From the NCBI RefSeq assembly GCF_006345805.1, contig NC_043008.1:33170001-33234000 (forward strand): a stretch of 64,000 nucleotides of DNA, given 5' to 3'. Of this stretch, positions 52,604 to 64,000 are shown one piece after another. The notes beneath the pieces are model-generated. The model worked only from the letters and a program-made list of their open reading frames with translations. It did no database searches and was not told where the DNA came from. The translations under genes and the position numbers were made by a program. The DNA is from Octopus sinensis. Lineage: Eukaryota. Within the stretch, counting starts at the first letter, position 1. The number at the start of each line of letters is the position of its first letter.

Positions 52604-53796
52604 CATACACGCACATACATATATATAAAATACACTTTAATAGAAATAAAGTTTCCCCAAAATTAAACATGCCTAATATAATAAATGTGAATGTCATTGT
52701 GTCACACTTTTTGAACTTTAATAAATCCTTTCTCTTGGAAGCACAAGGCCTCAAATTTTGGGGGAATGAATTTTCAACTAACTCCAAAACAACAACTAAG
52801 GATTTGTTTGAAAAAGCAGTACACCTGGCTGTAACCCATCCAACCCATGCCAGCATGGAAAAAAATCAAACTTAAAAACAACGATGATGAGAATGGTGAT
52901 AGTAGTAGTGACAATGATGGCAATAGCAATTGCTATTATTATTATTATTATTATATTATTATTATTATTAAGGCAGCAAGCTAGCAGAATCGTTAGCACT
53001 CCAGGCAAAAATGCTTAACAGCATTTCACCTCTCTTCACGTTCTGAGTTCAAATCCCGCCAAAGTTGACTTTGCCTTTCATCCTTTCAGAGTTGATAAAT
53101 TAAGTACCAGTCAAGTACTGGGATCAATGTCATCGACTTGTCCCCTCCCACCAAATTTATTATTATTATAATCATCATCATTATCATCATCATCACCATC
53201 ATTATTTTATTATTATTGGAAAACTCAATTCTATTTGCCCTCACCTTGCCTGAAGGTAGCATGCTGTCACTTTTCCTCTTTCCAAGCAAAATATAATGTA
53301 AAAGCTCTGCCAAGCCTTAAGCCATTTTTGTCAGATGTAATAGCTTTACAATGTCAACCATTGCAGGTTAGTGCAGATTCAGTAGCCATTAAAACCTACA
53401 CAGCTTTTCAGTAATAATAATAATAATAATAATAATAATGATAATAATGCTGTTAATGCTTCTTTAAATTTTTCCACTGGTCTAAAATATTAAGCTTGTT
53501 TAATCTGAATGAACTCATTTCCTACTAATTTCCCATAAAATGTATGTTTGTTTTCCTTTCTCACTACGGCAACGTTATCCACTCTTGTCAGTGTGACCCT
53601 CAAAGAATAACTTTAATTCATGCATACTCATGTATAATACATTTTCTACAGCACATGAATTACTCATGAATTGACATTATAAACAGATTTTTCTTTGCTG
53701 TTATTAATGTAATTTAAAACCTGTCATTTGTCCATTTTCTATCCTGTACCATCACATTTGCAAGAAAATAAATTGTTTTATTTTCTTGAATTACTT

Positions 53797-54097
53797 AGGC
53801 GCAGGAGTGGCTGTGTGGTAAGTAGCTTGCTTACCAACTATATGGTTCCGGGTTTGGTCCCACTACGTGGCACTTTGGGCAAGTGTCTTCTACTTACTAT
53901 AGCCTTGGGCCAACCAAAACCTTGTGAGTGGATTTGGTAGAAGGAAACTGAAAGAAGCCCATCGTGTATATGTATATATATGTGTGTCTGTGTTTGTCCC
54001 CTCAACAATGCTGGTGTGTTTACATCCTTGTAACTTAGCGGTTCGGAACCATGTGGTTGGTAAGCAAGCTACTTACCACACAGCCACTCCTACGCCT
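53797..54097. repeat. Family-B SINE ending in an inverted copy of its own 54-bp head
   Basis: 53797-53850 and 54044-54097 are reverse complements with about three mismatches. Confidence 0.85.
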
Positions 54098-54161
54098 ATA
54101 TATATATATATATATATATATGTATTATATATATCTATGTATATATGTATATATATATATC

Positions 54162-54200
<39 letters not shown>

Positions 54201-54328
54201 TATATGTAATATATATGTGGGGCATGGGTGATAGAAAGTGTGAGGAATTCAAACAATGTATTTCAAATGGTTGTTGTTATGTACTCTATGAATATACAGC
54301 TCCTCATTGGTGTTTGTTAATGTTTCAG

Positions 54329-54416
54329 GACGATTTTGCTCTTTGAGCATAGTGATATTGTTGTGATTGCATGGGCCAGTGCTTTGTTCAGCAGTAACGG
54401 ATCAGCTCCATCAAAG
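54329..54416 (+). CDS. SLC30A5: SLC30A5 coding exon 5 (TILLFEHSDIVVIAWASALFSSNGSAPSK)
   Basis: gtttcag| ... AAG|gtaaaa, 88 nt, with the LLFEHSDIVVI motif. Confidence 0.95.
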
Positions 54417-55428
54417 GTAAAAAAAAAAAATTTTAATTTCTAGCCACTTTATTGTTATGTCATCAACTGTATCTTTATTAGTTTCTGGCTCTAATTCTCT
54501 ATTTCTCCTTCTATTTCTTGCTCTTTCTGTCACTCACTATCTCTATTTCACTTGCTTTCACTCCTTCTTTCCCTCCTCCCCCTCTCGTGTTACTGATGTG
54601 AACTTTCTCATATTTAATAGTTGTCAGTGATTGAAAATACTTAGAAAGGGAAAATAACCTGATTACTTCATTATACTGTATAAGTTTTTTTTTTGAGGTG
54701 GGTGGGGTGTTGGTGTTCTTGAATCTCCATCTTGTATATGGGGAGAAATAGAGAATAAAAAGATCTAAAGTTAAAAGGACCAGCTTAAATGAACATATAA
54801 TCATTCATTTTTTCACAAACTACTTCTATATCAGCTTCCCTTGACACCAACTGGTCTGGTAACAGACAGTTCCAAACTAACATTTATTTATATATATAAT
54901 TTTATTAGGGTCTTAATGACCATGATTATTAGCCTGGTAGCCTCCATGAGTATTTGGCTAGCTTTGTACACTATATAAATACTAACAACCAGACATTCTT
55001 ATTTTATCATTCAGTCACAAGCTGAATTAACATAAGAATTGTTTAATGATATCAGGTATTCTGCAACTCCAATCTCTAACAGTATTCGGACATGTCACAC
55101 AGTGAAAATATGTGGTAAATGAAGATGAATAGATAATAGCAGTTCAATACATGTTACATGTGTTTCAATAGCATGACAGTTTATTTGCAGTTAGTGTATT
55201 ACCTCTGTTAAAATTTCATGTGGTGTTTCCAAACCATAAAAAGATAAAAATTAACAGAAATTTTTTATGCATGTATTGGACTGTCATTATCTATTGATCT
55301 TCATTTATGATATATATATAATATTTACTAGAATTAATTTATATAACACTATATATATATATATATACAGTCTGCAATCTTTATTTGTGCTTGCCATGTT
55401 TAATATTTTCCTCTTATTTTTTTTCCAG

Positions 55429-55519
55429 TTACGTGGTGCCCTATTTTTTTTGCTTGGAGTTGTCTCCCTATTATTATTGGACCATGATGATAGGCTTCAT
55501 CTAATTTCTGATCATGAAT
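55429..55519 (+). CDS. SLC30A5: SLC30A5 coding exon 6 (LRGALFFLLGVVSLLLLDHDDRLHLISDHE)
   Basis: ttttccag|, 91 nt, with RGA.FF and LLL.D.DD motifs. Ends at the U12-type donor T|gtatccttt. Confidence 0.92.
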
Positions 55520-57052
55520 GTATCCTTTCACTACTCATAATTAATACTGTTTCTGTAACAGATCTTATTTGCCCAAATATTGTTTTTTTTTTTTTTTTTA
55601 CCTTGTTTAAAAATCTTTTGATTCTTTGCTGAGAATTGCAACTTGCTCCAAGGTGCTTGAGATCTTTTACATCAGTTGATGGAATTCGTTGTTTGTTGTT
55701 GTTTTTTACATCTGTAGATTCTTTGTAGAGATTTGTAGCTATCTCCTTATAATGGCTGAACAATTGAGACCAACTAAAAGTGTATATATTTTTTATTTTT
55801 ACATTTTTTGCACTTAAACCAGCCATTTCTGGCCCAAATGGTCAAACTAGCTCAATCCAGCCTCTTACACCTAGCCTACAATGACATTCTGAAAATGAAC
55901 AATAGGTGCTGACATGACTGTGTAGTAAGAAGTTCGCTTCCCAATCACATCGTGCTGGGCTCAGTTCCACTGCATGGCACCTTGAGCAAGTGTCTTCTGC
56001 TATAGCCTCAGGCTGACCAAAACCTTGTATGTGTACTTGGTTGAGAAAAACTGTAAGAAGCCCATCATAAGTGTGTGTGTGTCTGTGTTTGTTCCCAACC
56101 ACTGCTTGACAACCGGTGTTGGCATGTTTATGTTCCCTGTAACTTAGTGGTTTGGCAAAAGAGCTCAGTGGAATAAATACCAGGCTTAAAAGATAAATAT
56201 AATTACTTGGGTCAATTCATTCAACTAAAATTCTTCAAGATGGTGCTCCAGCATGGCCACAGTCAAATGCATGACCGAAAGAATAAAAGAAACAATCACA
56301 ACATTGGGATGACAAAGATACAATCAAACGCATGATTAATTCAGAACAACGTAATTAAATATGCATTACACCTGACAGAGTAATCTGAGTACTAAAATGT
56401 TAAACCTGTAAATTCATTATTAAAGGTCATAACTTCCCATAATGATAGTGTTTCAGGCTACTGTTTCAAAGGTTAACTGTTTGTATTATGTAAGAAGTAA
56501 AGTGAAATGAGGTAGACATAAAATGTGAAATGCAGGTGGCGACATGTGGCTGTTTGATTATAGGTACAGGTATAGCTGTGTGGTAACAAAGCTTGCCTCC
56601 CAACCACATAGCTCTAAGTTCAGTCCCACTGTATAACAGCACTTTAAGCAAGTGTTTTCTACTAGAGCCTTGGGCCAACCAAAGCCTCATGAGTGGATTT
56701 GGTTGACAGACACTGAAAGAAGACAGTTGTGTGAGTGTGTGTGCCTTTGTGTTTGTTCCCCACTACACTACTTGACAACTGTGTTTATATCCCTGTATCT
56801 TAGTGATTCGGCAAAAGTGACTGATAGAATAAGTACCAGGCTTTGACAAAAAAGTACTGGAGTTGGTTCATTTGGCCAAAAATTCTTCAAGGTATTGCCC
56901 CAACATGGTCACAATCTAATGACTGAAACAAGTAAAAGATGAAAGATCATATACACATGAGTTGGCCAATAAATGGTGTGTGACCGTAATGACCATCATT
57001 ACAAATTTCATAAAGCTAAATTTACTGGAAACCCACTCTGTTATGTTTTACC

Positions 57053-57104
<52 letters not shown>

Positions 57105-57395
57105 CTCTCCTCTCCTCTCCTCTCTCTCCTCCCTCTCTCTCCTCTCTCTCTCTTTCTCCTTCTCTCCTCTCGCATCTCTCTCTCTCTCTCAAGAAATTTA
57201 GTTAAAACATGTTGTACTTAGTATCCACAAAGCATCAAACTACATCTGGTATGTAAACTTCCTAGTGGAATTCTCCTAGTTTAACCCTTCATCATCACTG
57301 TTTTCATGTTGGTATGGGTTGGGCAGATTGATTAGATTCTCCTAGTTTAACCCCTCTGTTTTCCATGTTAGTATGGGTTCGACAGTTTGATTGGA

Positions 57396-57940
57396 CATTA
57401 TTTATATTATTTACAATTGACGGATATTTCTCCTCATCTTGTTTGTTGTTAACACAATATTTCGGCTGATATACTCTCCAGCCTTCATCGGGTGTCTTGG
57501 GAAAATTTCGAAACTGGGTTCTCATTCCTAAGGTATTTTTTGATGTTGTTATTATTATTATTAGTAGTAGTAGTAGTAGTATTATTATCCAGGTCACTGC
57601 CTGGATCGAACTCGGAATCTTACGGTTAGTAGCCAACACTCTTAACCACTACGCCATATGCCACGAGCATATGGCGTAGTGGTTAAGAGCGTGGGCTACT
57701 ACCCTAAGATTCTGAGTTCGATTCCAGGCAGTGACCTGGATAATAATTATAATAATAATAATAACAAAAACATCGAAAAATACCTTAGGAATGAGAACCC
57801 AGTTTCGAAATTTTCCCAAGACACCCGATGAAGGCTGGAGAGTATATCAGCCGAAATGTTGTGTTAACAACAAGCAAGATGAGGACAAATATCCATCAAT
57901 TGTAAATAATGTACATAATTCCTCATTTCTTAAATATAGA
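57396..57940. mobile_element. Palindromic head-to-head dimer of a tRNA-headed SINE, flanked by a 14-bp TSD
   Basis: 57406-57660 is the reverse complement of 57668-57910, with a 7-nt spacer (ccacgag). ACAGTTTGATTGGA at 57382-95 and 57941-54. A box TGGCGTAGTGG and B box GTTCGATTC are present in each arm. Confidence 0.88.
57820..57865 (+). ncRNA. Type I minimal hammerhead-ribozyme-like motif (second copy at 57451-57496, minus strand)
   Basis: GACAC-CCGATGA-A-GGCTG(GAGAGTATAT)CAGCC-GAAA-TGT-T-GTGTT gives stem I, a core with U4C, stem II, GAAA and a degenerate stem III. Confidence 0.55.
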
Positions 57941-58439
57941 ACAGTTTGATTGGAGCTGGTAAGATCAGAGGCTGCACCCAGCTCTGTTGTCTGTTCTGGC
58001 ATGGTTTCTATGGCCAGATGCCCTTCTTAATGCCAACCACTCCACAAAGTATACTGGGTGCTTTTTATGTGTCACCAGTACCAGTGTTTTTAACATGGAA
58101 CCAGCACTGGTGCTTTTAATGTAGCACTAGCACCAGTGCTTTTTATGTGGCACAAGCACTTGTATCAATTCTGCTGTGACAGATGGGTCTTCTTGAATAC
58201 AGCAGGGCACCAGATATCTTGGTCCTTTGTCATCCCCTTTGTAAGGTTCCTAATGTAAAGCCACTTCTGTCAGGATCTGTAGTCTTGAAAGCTGCATGGT
58301 GACATTGCTTGCACTGATGATACAAAAATGGACCCATACACACTGTAAAGTGGTCGGCATTAGGAAGGGCATCCAGCCATAAGAACTCACTGAATCCTGT
58401 CAAACTGTCCAACCCATGCCAATATAAGAACATGGACAT

Positions 58440-58620
58440 CAACCCTTCAGCATTCAGATTATTCTGGATGGATGCTGACAGCTCCATAAAGAAGTGCCAA
58501 TCTCTCAAAGTGAATGGAAGACATGGGACAAAGTATTGAAGAATGACTTCAGGGAGCTGAACTTTTCAGATGCAATGACAAAAGACCAAGACACCTGGGG
58601 CATGACTGTACTCAAGAAGA
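58440..58620 (+). mobile_element. RTE LINE 3' coding end
   Basis: MDADSSIKKCQSLKVNG...KTWDKVLKNDF...MTKDQDTW. Confidence 0.6.
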
Positions 58621-59309
58621 CCTGTACTCCACAGCAGAAGTGTTAAGACTGATCCTTCTGGTGGTGTAAAGCACCCATGGCGGTCCCACGTGAAAGCGCC
58701 CATGCAGTGCCACATAAAAGTGCCCATGCAGTGTCATTTACAAGCACCTGTGCAGCAACACGTAAATGCATCCATGTGGTGACATGTAAAAGTGCCCGTG
58801 TGGAGTCACATAAAAGTGCCTATGCAGTGCCACATAAAAGCATCCAGCACACTCTGTAAAGTGGCTGGCATTAGGAAGGGCATCCAACCATAGAAACCAT
58901 GCCAAATCAGACTGGAGTCTGGTGCAGCTTTTCAGCTCTGGTCACACTGCCCCACTCATGTTAGCATGGACAACAGACATTAAATGGTGATGATAATGAT
59001 GATGTAATACTTTTTCATTCACATTATTTTTAATTAATCATGCTTTATTTTGTAGCTTCAAAATTTTGATGATGTGATTTTATAGCATTGAAAGGTATGT
59101 GTGATAGGCTGGATCCGGCTGGTTAGAACATAAAACTGGTAGCCTATTTGGGCTGAATATGGCCATTTTAAATACTAAAGGGTTAAACAATGATGAGGTA
59201 TATAAATGGGGACACACACATACGCACACACACACACACACAGAATGTTAAGCTGTTTTTGTCGTTCTCCCATTCAGTTCCTTTTTTGTCCTTAATTCTT
59301 CATCTTCAG

Positions 59310-59386
59310 CTGATGATTTACACAACAACTTTATTACACGAATTTTCCATCATGCTTTTGATCTTATCGGTTGGTCTGACCATAAG
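59310..59386 (+). CDS. SLC30A5: SLC30A5 coding exon 7 (DDLHNNFITRIFHHAFDLIGWSDHK)
   Basis: atcttcag| ... AAG|gtacgt, 77 nt. Ends in G..DHK like vertebrate ZnT5, and the phase fits both neighbouring exons. Confidence 0.9.
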
Positions 59387-60199
59387 GTACGTTTCACATT
59401 TGGTTTCAACTTCCACTTTGTTTCACAATGATCTTCATGTATAATGGCTCTATATTATTGTTCTTAAACTTCAGTTTACTCAGGAAAAATGTGTGTATTT
59501 CATTAATTTATGATTCAGTTTCATTCGTACCAGACTGTTATAACTGTGTGCTTGTGCACTTACACAAATAAGTGGGCTTTTGGTACTGCTATGAGCTTTT
59601 GGCATGACTGTCATACAAATAAAATTGTATTAGTTCATATTTTCATATCATATAAATGATCTCTGTAATTCCTAACAAATAACAGAAAAAATGCATATGA
59701 TGAAGTAGAGACAAACATCTTATACAGAATCCTTTGCTGGTTACTCTTCATAACATTAATTTCTAGTGTACCAATCCGGTTTAGACTTATGATTCCCAAT
59801 ATGGAGCATATGCCCCACTGGTTGGGATTGGGGAAATTGTGGTGGGGCATGGGATCCAAAATTTTCTTTCTGTAGCAAACATACTACAACTTTACTCATC
59901 CTAACCAAACCAATCCCTCCAACCCAGCATACTGTGTGAAAACTGCTACATATTAGCACTATTCTACTGCCTGGGTGTTTCTTTAAGTATATTTCACCTG
60001 TGGATTATACAATTTTCTAGAAAGTTATTGTGTAGCCTGGAAAAAATAGGTTGAGAAATAAGTATGAATACAAAGCCGTATTCATATGTAGGTGCAGATG
60101 TGGCTGTATGGTTAAGAAACGGGTTCAGTTCCATTGTGCAGCACCTTGGACTATGTGAGTAGTTTTGGTAGACAAAAACTGAAAGAAGCCTACTATATA

Positions 60200-60201
60200 T
60201 A

Positions 60202-60233
<32 letters not shown>

Positions 60234-61720
60234 GTTGAAATTTACAGAAAAACAATGCAAAGACAGGTGTACAGCTGTATTAGTTTGACGCTTGGGAAGA
60301 TGAGAAAGTCTTTTACGTTTCGAGCCTACTCTCTTCAACAGAAAGGAACACACGGAAGTGAACATAGAGAATAAAATAAAACTTTTGGAGTTAGTGGTCA
60401 ATCATAGCAACTAGCTGGACAAAGGTAGTTAGACAGGCGAGCTAAGAAGAAGAGGAGATAATAAAGTATTGGTGATCCCAAAATGAAGGTGCGCATGCGT
60501 GTGTGTGTGCATGTGGATAGGGGCTGGTGACTTTGACATGTGGATGTGTGGGTGCTGGGATGTAGTCAGTGCTAGCGTGTGTGGGGTGGTGTGGTGTGGC
60601 AGTGTTGGAATGTGAGGATAGGGTGTGGGTTTGGGTGAGATGTGTGGATGGAGGTGGCATCAATGAAGGAAGAAGGTGGGTGGGAGTGAAGAGAGGAAGT
60701 AGGTATCAGATGAAGAGAAAAGGGGTGGGGAGTTGAGCTCATGTGGCACAAAAGAGCAAAAAGAGAAGATTAATTCCTGTTCATGTCGAAGGTTGGAATC
60801 TGGATGCCCCCCCCATCCCGTGCAAAGACAATCTGAACACAGACAGGTGTTGTAATGAATGACTGGTAGAGCAGAAATGGTACAAAACTGGGGTGTTATT
60901 GCCAAGTCTAATGTCTTGGAGGTGCTCCACAAACTAGTCAGCCAAACAGTGTCCTGTTTGACCGATGTACAGAGGACAGGAAGTGCAGTAAATGACGTTG
61001 CTAGAAGTGCATGTAAAGGAGTCAGTGATATGATAGGGACGATGATGGGTGCCTGTGAGGATGGTGGCGTTGGAGAGGTAGGGACAAGTGCGGCAGTGTG
61101 AGCAGGAGCAGGGGAATGAGCCAGTTTGGGAGGTGGGGTTAGGGAAAAAACTGTAGACCAGGTCACGTAGGTTGTGGGCTTATTTGATGGAGGGAAGGAG
61201 TAGGTTGGGGAAGATGTGCAAAGTGGAGGGGTCAGACTGGAGTTGCTGGAAGGTTTGGAGAATGGTGCATTGGAGGGGCAGGGTAGGGGGTGGTAGGTGA
61301 GGGGAGACGGGCAACAGCAAGGTGGGTGTGAGGAGAGAGAGAGCAGAGGCACAGTCGACGGAACATGCTCTGGCAAGGGCGTTGTGGATAGTGGTGAGGG
61401 GATATCCACAATGGATGAAGTGGCAAGCCATGAGTTGAGACTGATTCTCAAAGTCATGGCTGTCACTGCAGAGCCTGTACAGATGGAGGAACTGGGAGTA
61501 GGGGATGGAGAGCTTGGTGTGGGTAGAGTGGGCAGAGGAGGAGAAGTTGAAGTATGAGTGTGAGTCAGTGTGTGTTTGTAGTGGGTGGAGGTAGTGGGAG
61601 CGGAGTTGTCTATGTTCATTGAAATGTCAAGAAAGGTGACGGAAGTGTTGGAAATGGTGCAGCAGAATTCGAGGGCAGGATGGAAAGATTGGACAATATA
61701 TATAGTTGAAAAGGAGTTAA
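60200..61720 (-). mobile_element. Penelope-like element remnant (RT C-terminus + GIY-YIG endonuclease + terminal repeat)
   Basis: Degenerate translation includes FHPALEF..ISNTSVTFLDI, a Cys-rich region, a YISETGHRLADQFVEH-like segment in another frame, and RHEQELIFS...PHELN. A hammerhead-like motif lies downstream at 60307-60346. Confidence 0.8.
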
Positions 61721-61744
61721 CAGTCCATACAAATAAAAAATTTA

Positions 61745-62160
61745 TAGTTAAAAATGTAAATAAAGTTGGAAAAGGCACAGAAGTATATTTGAGAGATTGT
61801 TTAATATTTTTGTTAATTTGAGTGAGTTAAAATTTAACCGGTTTCAATGTATCCGTATTATCAAATATTAGAATTTGTTTGGGAGTCGGAAAGAAAAAGA
61901 AAAATTTGGTGGAGGTTCAACAGTTTGTAGCTATATTTGTACTGATATTGGAACACTAAGAATTCAAATACAGGTACATACTGTTAAACTCCTACCAATT
62001 TTTTTTTCTTTCTGACTTCCAAACAAACTCTTTCTAATATTTGATGAGAGGGATACATTGAAACTGGTTATATTTTAAATCACTCACTGTAATGAAAATA
62101 TCAAACATTCTTTAAAATATACTTCTGTGCTTTTCCAACTTTATTTACTTTTTTAACAAT
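61745..62160. mobile_element. Palindromic MITE-like element (~185-bp arms, ~45-bp loop)
   Basis: 61745-61929 versus 61976-62160 are reverse complements, about 80% identical by eye. Confidence 0.75.
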
Positions 62161-63057
62161 ATTTATGTCTGTGTGTGTGTGTCTTTGTTTAGATATATTG
62201 TAAATGAGCATCACTGACATGAAAGTGTTGTTCATTTCCAGTCTTCCATGGTAATCATATCTGGCCTTGGGAAATAGGAAATATTACCTTGCTTGAAAGC
62301 AGGTGTGAGTTAGTAACAGGAAGGCATCTGGCCATAGAAAATATGTACCTCAATAAATTCCATCTGACCCATGCTGTTATGGAAAAATAGATGTTAAATG
62401 ATGTTGCATGATGATGTATTTAGAGTCACAATAAATTAGTCCCCTGAAAAACTCTATGGTTTTACCATAGGGTTTAATTATGCACTAAAACCATCCAGAT
62501 TATGCCTCCATATATAATATCTCTTCATTACAAATACTTCTGTTATCATTTTTAATCTGATTATTGCCTGCAACACCCACAAGATTATCCACCATCTTTT
62601 CAACAACCATGGGCACCTTTTTGAATTCCATATGTCTAATATTCATAAAAAACGCTTACAAAATCAAAATTAACACTACACCCATAACTTTCAGAAACAT
62701 ATTTTCACACATATTTTGCTGAAGCATGGAATAAACCATCCTCATCAGTTATCAGCTGTTGAGACACTACATCCTTCAAAACTTCCATCCATGCTTTCTG
62801 AAATTTGCCCACAGTATACCTGATGCATCCTACCTTCGTTATTTATCTCTTTTTTTAAGACTTATTCACTGTTCACTTCCTGCATTTTCTATGTACTATC
62901 CATGCAGTTTTGGTTATTTTTTCTGATAATTTGTAGTGCACCTGTACACTATATACAGTAAGTTTTATTATTATTATTGTAATTAGATCTACCAATTCTG
63001 GTAATTAATTTGGCGCAATTTCTAAATTCAAAAAAAAATTTTTTTTTTTTTATTCAG

Positions 63058-63228
63058 GGTGGAGTAGTGCTACTCTTTCTGACTCTCTGCCTTCAGACAG
63101 GATTTGATAATGCTTCAAAAAAACTCTCCATTGACCTTGGGGGTGCAAAACGACTTCATGCCCTATCTACTTTTGTCTCAGGACTGCTTCTCTTTCCATG
63201 GGCCTTATTTCTCTACATCAGCATTGAT
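63058..63228 (+). CDS. SLC30A5: SLC30A5 coding exon 8 (GGVVLLFLTLCLQTGFDNASKKLSIDLGGAKRLHALSTFVSGLLLFPWALFLYISID)
   Basis: tattcag| ... GAT|gtaagt, 171 nt, with the KLS.D.GGAKRL.ALS motif. The gene continues; a possible next acceptor ttctttag ends at 63998. Confidence 0.96.
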
Positions 63229-64000
63229 GTAAGTCACTGGCATTTTCTTCTTTGTTGTTATTATTTGCTATGTGTGTTATTTGCTAAAAGATAAACTTAA
63301 GCTGACTCTATAACATGTATTCAGTTCTTTGTTTAAACATTTTACTCATATCATGGATGCAGACATGGCTTCAAGGTAAGAAGCTTGCTTCCCAACCACA
63401 TAGTTCATAGCTCAATCCCACTGTGTGACACTTGGGCAAGTGTCTTCTACTATAGCCTTGGGCCAACCAAAGCCTTGCGAGTGGGTATGATAAATGGAAA
63501 CTGAAAGAAAGCCATTGTGTGTGTGTGTGTGTGTGTATGACAAAGAGAGAGAGAGAGAACGAGAGTGTCTTTGTATTTGTGTTTGGTCCCCACCACCACT
63601 TGACAACTAGTATTGGTTTGTTTACATCCCCATAACGTAGCATTTCAGCAGAAAAGAAACAATAGAATAAGTACTTGGCTTAGAAGTACTGGGATCAATT
63701 TGTTCAACTAAAAGTTTTTCAAGGCAGTGCCCCAACATGGCCACAGTCAAATGACTGACACAGACAAAAGATAAAAAGGTCCCTGTAACCTTTGGGAAAG
63801 ACACGAGCATCACAATTTTCTAATCCTTCAATATTTAAGTAAAAAAAAACACAATATTATTGTTATTTGATGATTTAATGTATGGTGTTGTTACACCTGA
63901 AGACAAGATGGATTACATGACTTAAAAGTATCCTTTGTACATCCCTCTTCTGAATATAAATGACACCTAAATTGACATGTTTCTCATTTGTTCTTTAGGA

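Larger units (their letters stand above)
55520..59309 (+). other. SLC30A5: Minor-spliceosome (U12-type, GT-AG) intron of SLC30A5
   Basis: 5' site GTATCCTTT. Branch-site-like TCCTTAA at 59289-59295, 14 nt before the exon start. The reading frame is preserved across the intron. Confidence 0.85.

Noticed and set aside
57668-57740. tRNA gene (also other SINE heads)
   Set aside because: A and B boxes are present, but I could not fold a full cloverleaf or acceptor stem, and the sequence runs directly into a repeat body.
58677-58860. CRISPR-like or coding repeat array
   Set aside because: These are degenerate ~24-bp tandem units without unique spacers, typical of the LINE-tail repeats seen throughout this eukaryotic window.
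60660-61778. Longest ORF (372 aa) as a host gene
   Set aside because: It is a frameshift-scrambled Penelope RT/GIY-YIG remnant with a Pro/Ser/Thr-rich off-frame translation, antisense within a ZnT5 intron.

Overview
AT-rich, repeat-dense eukaryotic DNA. The SINE/LINE/microsatellite repertoire suggests an Octopus (coleoid cephalopod) genome; this is inferred, not proven. Two intron-containing housekeeping genes lie head-to-head. (1) D2HGDH (mitochondrial D-2-hydroxyglutarate dehydrogenase) is on the minus strand at 25441..9533, with six visible coding exons; one expected FAD-binding exon is missing and probably lies in the 100-N gap at 20805-20904. (2) SLC30A5/ZnT5 (zinc transporter 5) is on the plus strand, with eight coding exons from 37332 to 63228, continuing past the window end; its sixth coding intron (55520-59309) has minor-spliceosome (U12) signals. 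The remainder is mobile DNA: tRNA-derived SINEs, RTE LINE remnants, Penelope-like elements, a CRE-clade retrotransposon split by a non-autonomous LTR element (tRNA-Trp primer site), solo LTRs, Helitron ends, and long-TIR foldback elements with 8-bp TSDs. The most striking unexplained structure is a 545-bp palindromic insertion inside the U12 intron. It consists of two head-to-head Pol III tRNA-type SINEs, each carrying a hammerhead-ribozyme-like fold, flanked by a 14-bp target-site duplication. Two further minimal hammerhead-like motifs with an unusual core are present; one is tied to a Penelope element and the other is probably Penelope-derived. All homology calls were made by eye from remembered protein families; no searches were run.
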